This document shows, piece by piece, positions 62,013 through 64,000 of a stretch of DNA of 64,000 nucleotides. The number at the start of each line of letters is the position of its first letter. Positions within the stretch are counted from its first letter, which is position 1. Source of the stretch: Escherichia coli (GTDB lineage: Bacteria; Pseudomonadota; Gammaproteobacteria; Enterobacterales; Enterobacteriaceae); NCBI RefSeq assembly GCF_013122565.1, contig NZ_CP053258.1; one strand, written 5' to 3'. The position numbers and the translations under genes were made by a program. Below the pieces are notes generated by a model that saw only the letters and a program-made list of their open reading frames with translations, searched no databases and was not told the DNA's origin.

Positions 62013-62522
62013 TTACTTCTTGATGCGGATAACCGGGGTTTCACCCACAGTCACGCTACCGGACAGTTTGATCAGTTCTTTGATTTCGTCCATGTTGGAG
62101 ATAACAACCGGAGTCAGGGTAGACTTGGCTTTCTCTTCCAGCAGCGGCAGATCAAATTCAATGACAGTATCGCCAACTTTCACGCGCTGACCTTCTTCAG
62201 CAATACGCTTGAAGCCTTCGCCTTTCAGTTCAACGGTGTCGATACCGAAGTGGACGAACAGTTCAACGCCGCTATCAGATTCGATAGAGAATGCGTGGTT
62301 GGTTTCAAAGATTTTACCAATGGTGCCGTCTACAGGCGCGACCATTTTGTTACCCGTTGGTTTGATAGCAATACCATCACCAACGATTTTTTCCGCAAAA
62401 ACGACATCCGGCACGTCTTCGATATTGACGATCTCGCCAGAGAGCGGAGCAATGATCTCAATAGTTCCGGTATCCTTCTTGTCGTCGGAAACCAGAGATT
62501 TCAGTTTATCGAACAAACCCAT
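62013..62522 (-). CDS. crr: PTS glucose-specific EIIA component (EIIA-Glc)
   Basis: 169 aa, [39 protein letters not shown]. Confidence 0.96.
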
Positions 62523-62562
62523 GATCTTCTCCTAAGCAGTAAATTGGGCCGCATCTCGTGGA

Positions 62563-64000
62563 TTAGCAGATTGTTTTTTCTTCAATGAACTTGTTAACCA
62601 GCGTCATTAACTCGTCCGTTGTCGGTTGAGCAAGAGCCTGCTCTGCTAACACCTTCGCATCTTCGAAGTTCGTGTTACGGATAATCTTCTTAATGCGCGG
62701 GATAGAAATGGCGCTCATAGAGAATTCGTCCAGACCCATCCCCAGCAACAGAAGTGTAGCACGTTCATCGCCAGCAAGCTCACCACACATGCCAGTCCAT
62801 TTGCCTTCAGCATGAGAAGCATCAATAACTTGCTTGATCAAGTTCAGCACGGACGGTGACATTGGCTGGTAAAGGTGTGAAATCATATCATTACCACGGT
62901 CAACTGCCAGAGTGTACTGCGTTAAATCATTGGTGCCGATACTAAAGAAATCAACTTCTTTGGCTAAATGACGTGCAATTGTTGCGGCAGCCGGTGTTTC
63001 CACCATTACGCCGATTTCAATTGACTCGTCAAACGCTTTACCTTCGTCGCGCAGTTCCTGTTTGTAGATTTCAATCTCTTTGCGCAGTGTACGCACTTCT
63101 TCAACAGAGATGATCATCGGGAACATAATGCGCAATTTACCGAAAGCCGAGGCACGCAGGATAGCGCGGAGCTGATCGCGCAGGATCTCTTTACGATCCA
63201 TCGCGATACGGATAGCGCGCCAGCCGAGGAACGGGTTCTCTTCTTTCGGGAAGTTCATGTATGGCAGCTCTTTGTCGCCGCCGATGTCCATGGTACGAAC
63301 GATAACCGCCTGCGAGCCACACGCTTCAGCCACTGCTTTGTAAGCAGCAAACTGTTCTTCTTCAGTGGGCAGCGCGTCGCGGTCCATGAACAGGAACTCA
63401 GTACGATACAGACCAACGCCTTCAGCGCCGTTACGCTCTGCACCTTCAACGTCACGAACCGTACCAATGTTTGCGCACACTTCTACCTGGTGACCGTCCA
63501 GCGTAATAGCTGGCAGATCTTTCAGTTTAGCAAGCTCTGCTTTTTCAGAAGCCACTTGCTCCTGAACAGCGCGCATTTTATCAATAACTTCGTTGGTTGG
63601 ATTGACGTAAACCTGATTATTTACGGCATCCAGAATCAGATAGTCGTCATTTTTCACCTGAGAGGTGACGCTACCGGTACCCACGATAGCAGGCAGTTCC
63701 AGAGAACGCGCCATGATAGAGGTGTGGGAAGTACGGCCACCCGCGTCGGTGATGAAACCCAGCACCTTCTTCAGGTTCAGCTGTGCGGTTTCGGACGGCG
63801 TCAGGTCAGCGGCAACCAGAATGACTTCATCCTGAATGGCGCTCAGGTCGATAATCTTCAGGCCCAGGATGTTGCGCAGCAGGCGCTTACCGATATCACG
63901 TACGTCAGCCGCACGTTCTTTCAGGTATTCATCATCCAACTCTTCCAGGGCAGAAGCCTGACCTTCGATAACTTCATGAGCAGCTGCGTCAGCTGTCATG
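62563..64000 (-). CDS. ptsI: PTS enzyme I (phosphoenolpyruvate-protein phosphotransferase), 3' portion; 5' end beyond window
   Basis: C-terminal 479 codons ending ...[11 protein letters not shown]; PEP-utilising enzyme motifs. Confidence 0.95.
   Translation of the reverse strand, partial: MTADAAAHEVIEGQASALEELDDEYLKERAADVRDIGKRLLRNILGLKIIDLSAIQDEVILVAADLTPSETAQLNLKKVLGFITDAGGRTSHTSIMARSLELPAIVGTGSVTSQVKNDDYLILDAVNNQVYVNPTNEVIDKMRAVQEQVASEKAELAKLKDLPAITLDGHQVEVCANIGTVRDVEGAERNGAEGVGLYRTEFLFMDRDALPTEEEQFAAYKAVAEACGSQAVIVRTMDIGGDKELPYMNFPKEENPFLGWRAIRIAMDRKEILRDQLRAILRASAFGKLRIMFPMIISVEEVRTLRKEIEIYKQELRDEGKAFDESIEIGVMVETPAAATIARHLAKEVDFFSIGTNDLTQYTLAVDRGNDMISHLYQPMSPSVLNLIKQVIDASHAEGKWTGMCGELAGDERATLLLLGMGLDEFSMSAISIPRIKKIIRNTNFEDAKVLAEQALAQPTTDELMTLVNKFIEEKTIC

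Overview
This window is an Escherichia coli-type chromosomal core segment, colinear with the reverse complement of the K-12 hyfB-to-ptsI region. I do not see a previously undescribed system here; the only accessory content is one insertion sequence. Gene identities are recalled from protein N-termini, lengths and synteny, not from any database search. About 63 protein-coding genes are packed at high density. In window order they are: the start of the hydrogenase-4 operon (hyfC fragment, hyfB, hyfA), bcp, gcvR, dapA, bamC, purC, ypfJ, tmcA, ypfH, ypfN, dapE, yffB, the 19-codon ypfM, acrD, narQ, aegA, nudK, ypfG, tktB-talA, maeB, a complete 17-gene ethanolamine-utilisation (eut) microcompartment operon eutSPQTDMNEJGHABCLKR, hemF-amiA, ypeA, yfeZ, yfeY, yfeX, yfeW-murP-murQ with divergent murR, ucpA, cysPUWA-cysM, yfeS, yfeK, pdxK, crr and the 3' part of ptsI. 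The one mobile element is a 1,432-bp IS3-family insertion sequence (IS1397-like) at 58372..59803, inserted in the loop of a REP palindromic unit between the convergent cysM and yfeS genes and flanked by a 4-bp GTTT direct repeat. The eut operon is uninterrupted between eutA and eutB, where K-12 carries the CPZ-55 prophage. No rRNA, tRNA, CRISPR array, prophage or defence island was recognised. The remaining observations are regulatory sites, REP/BIME repeats, terminators and a few untested structural features.
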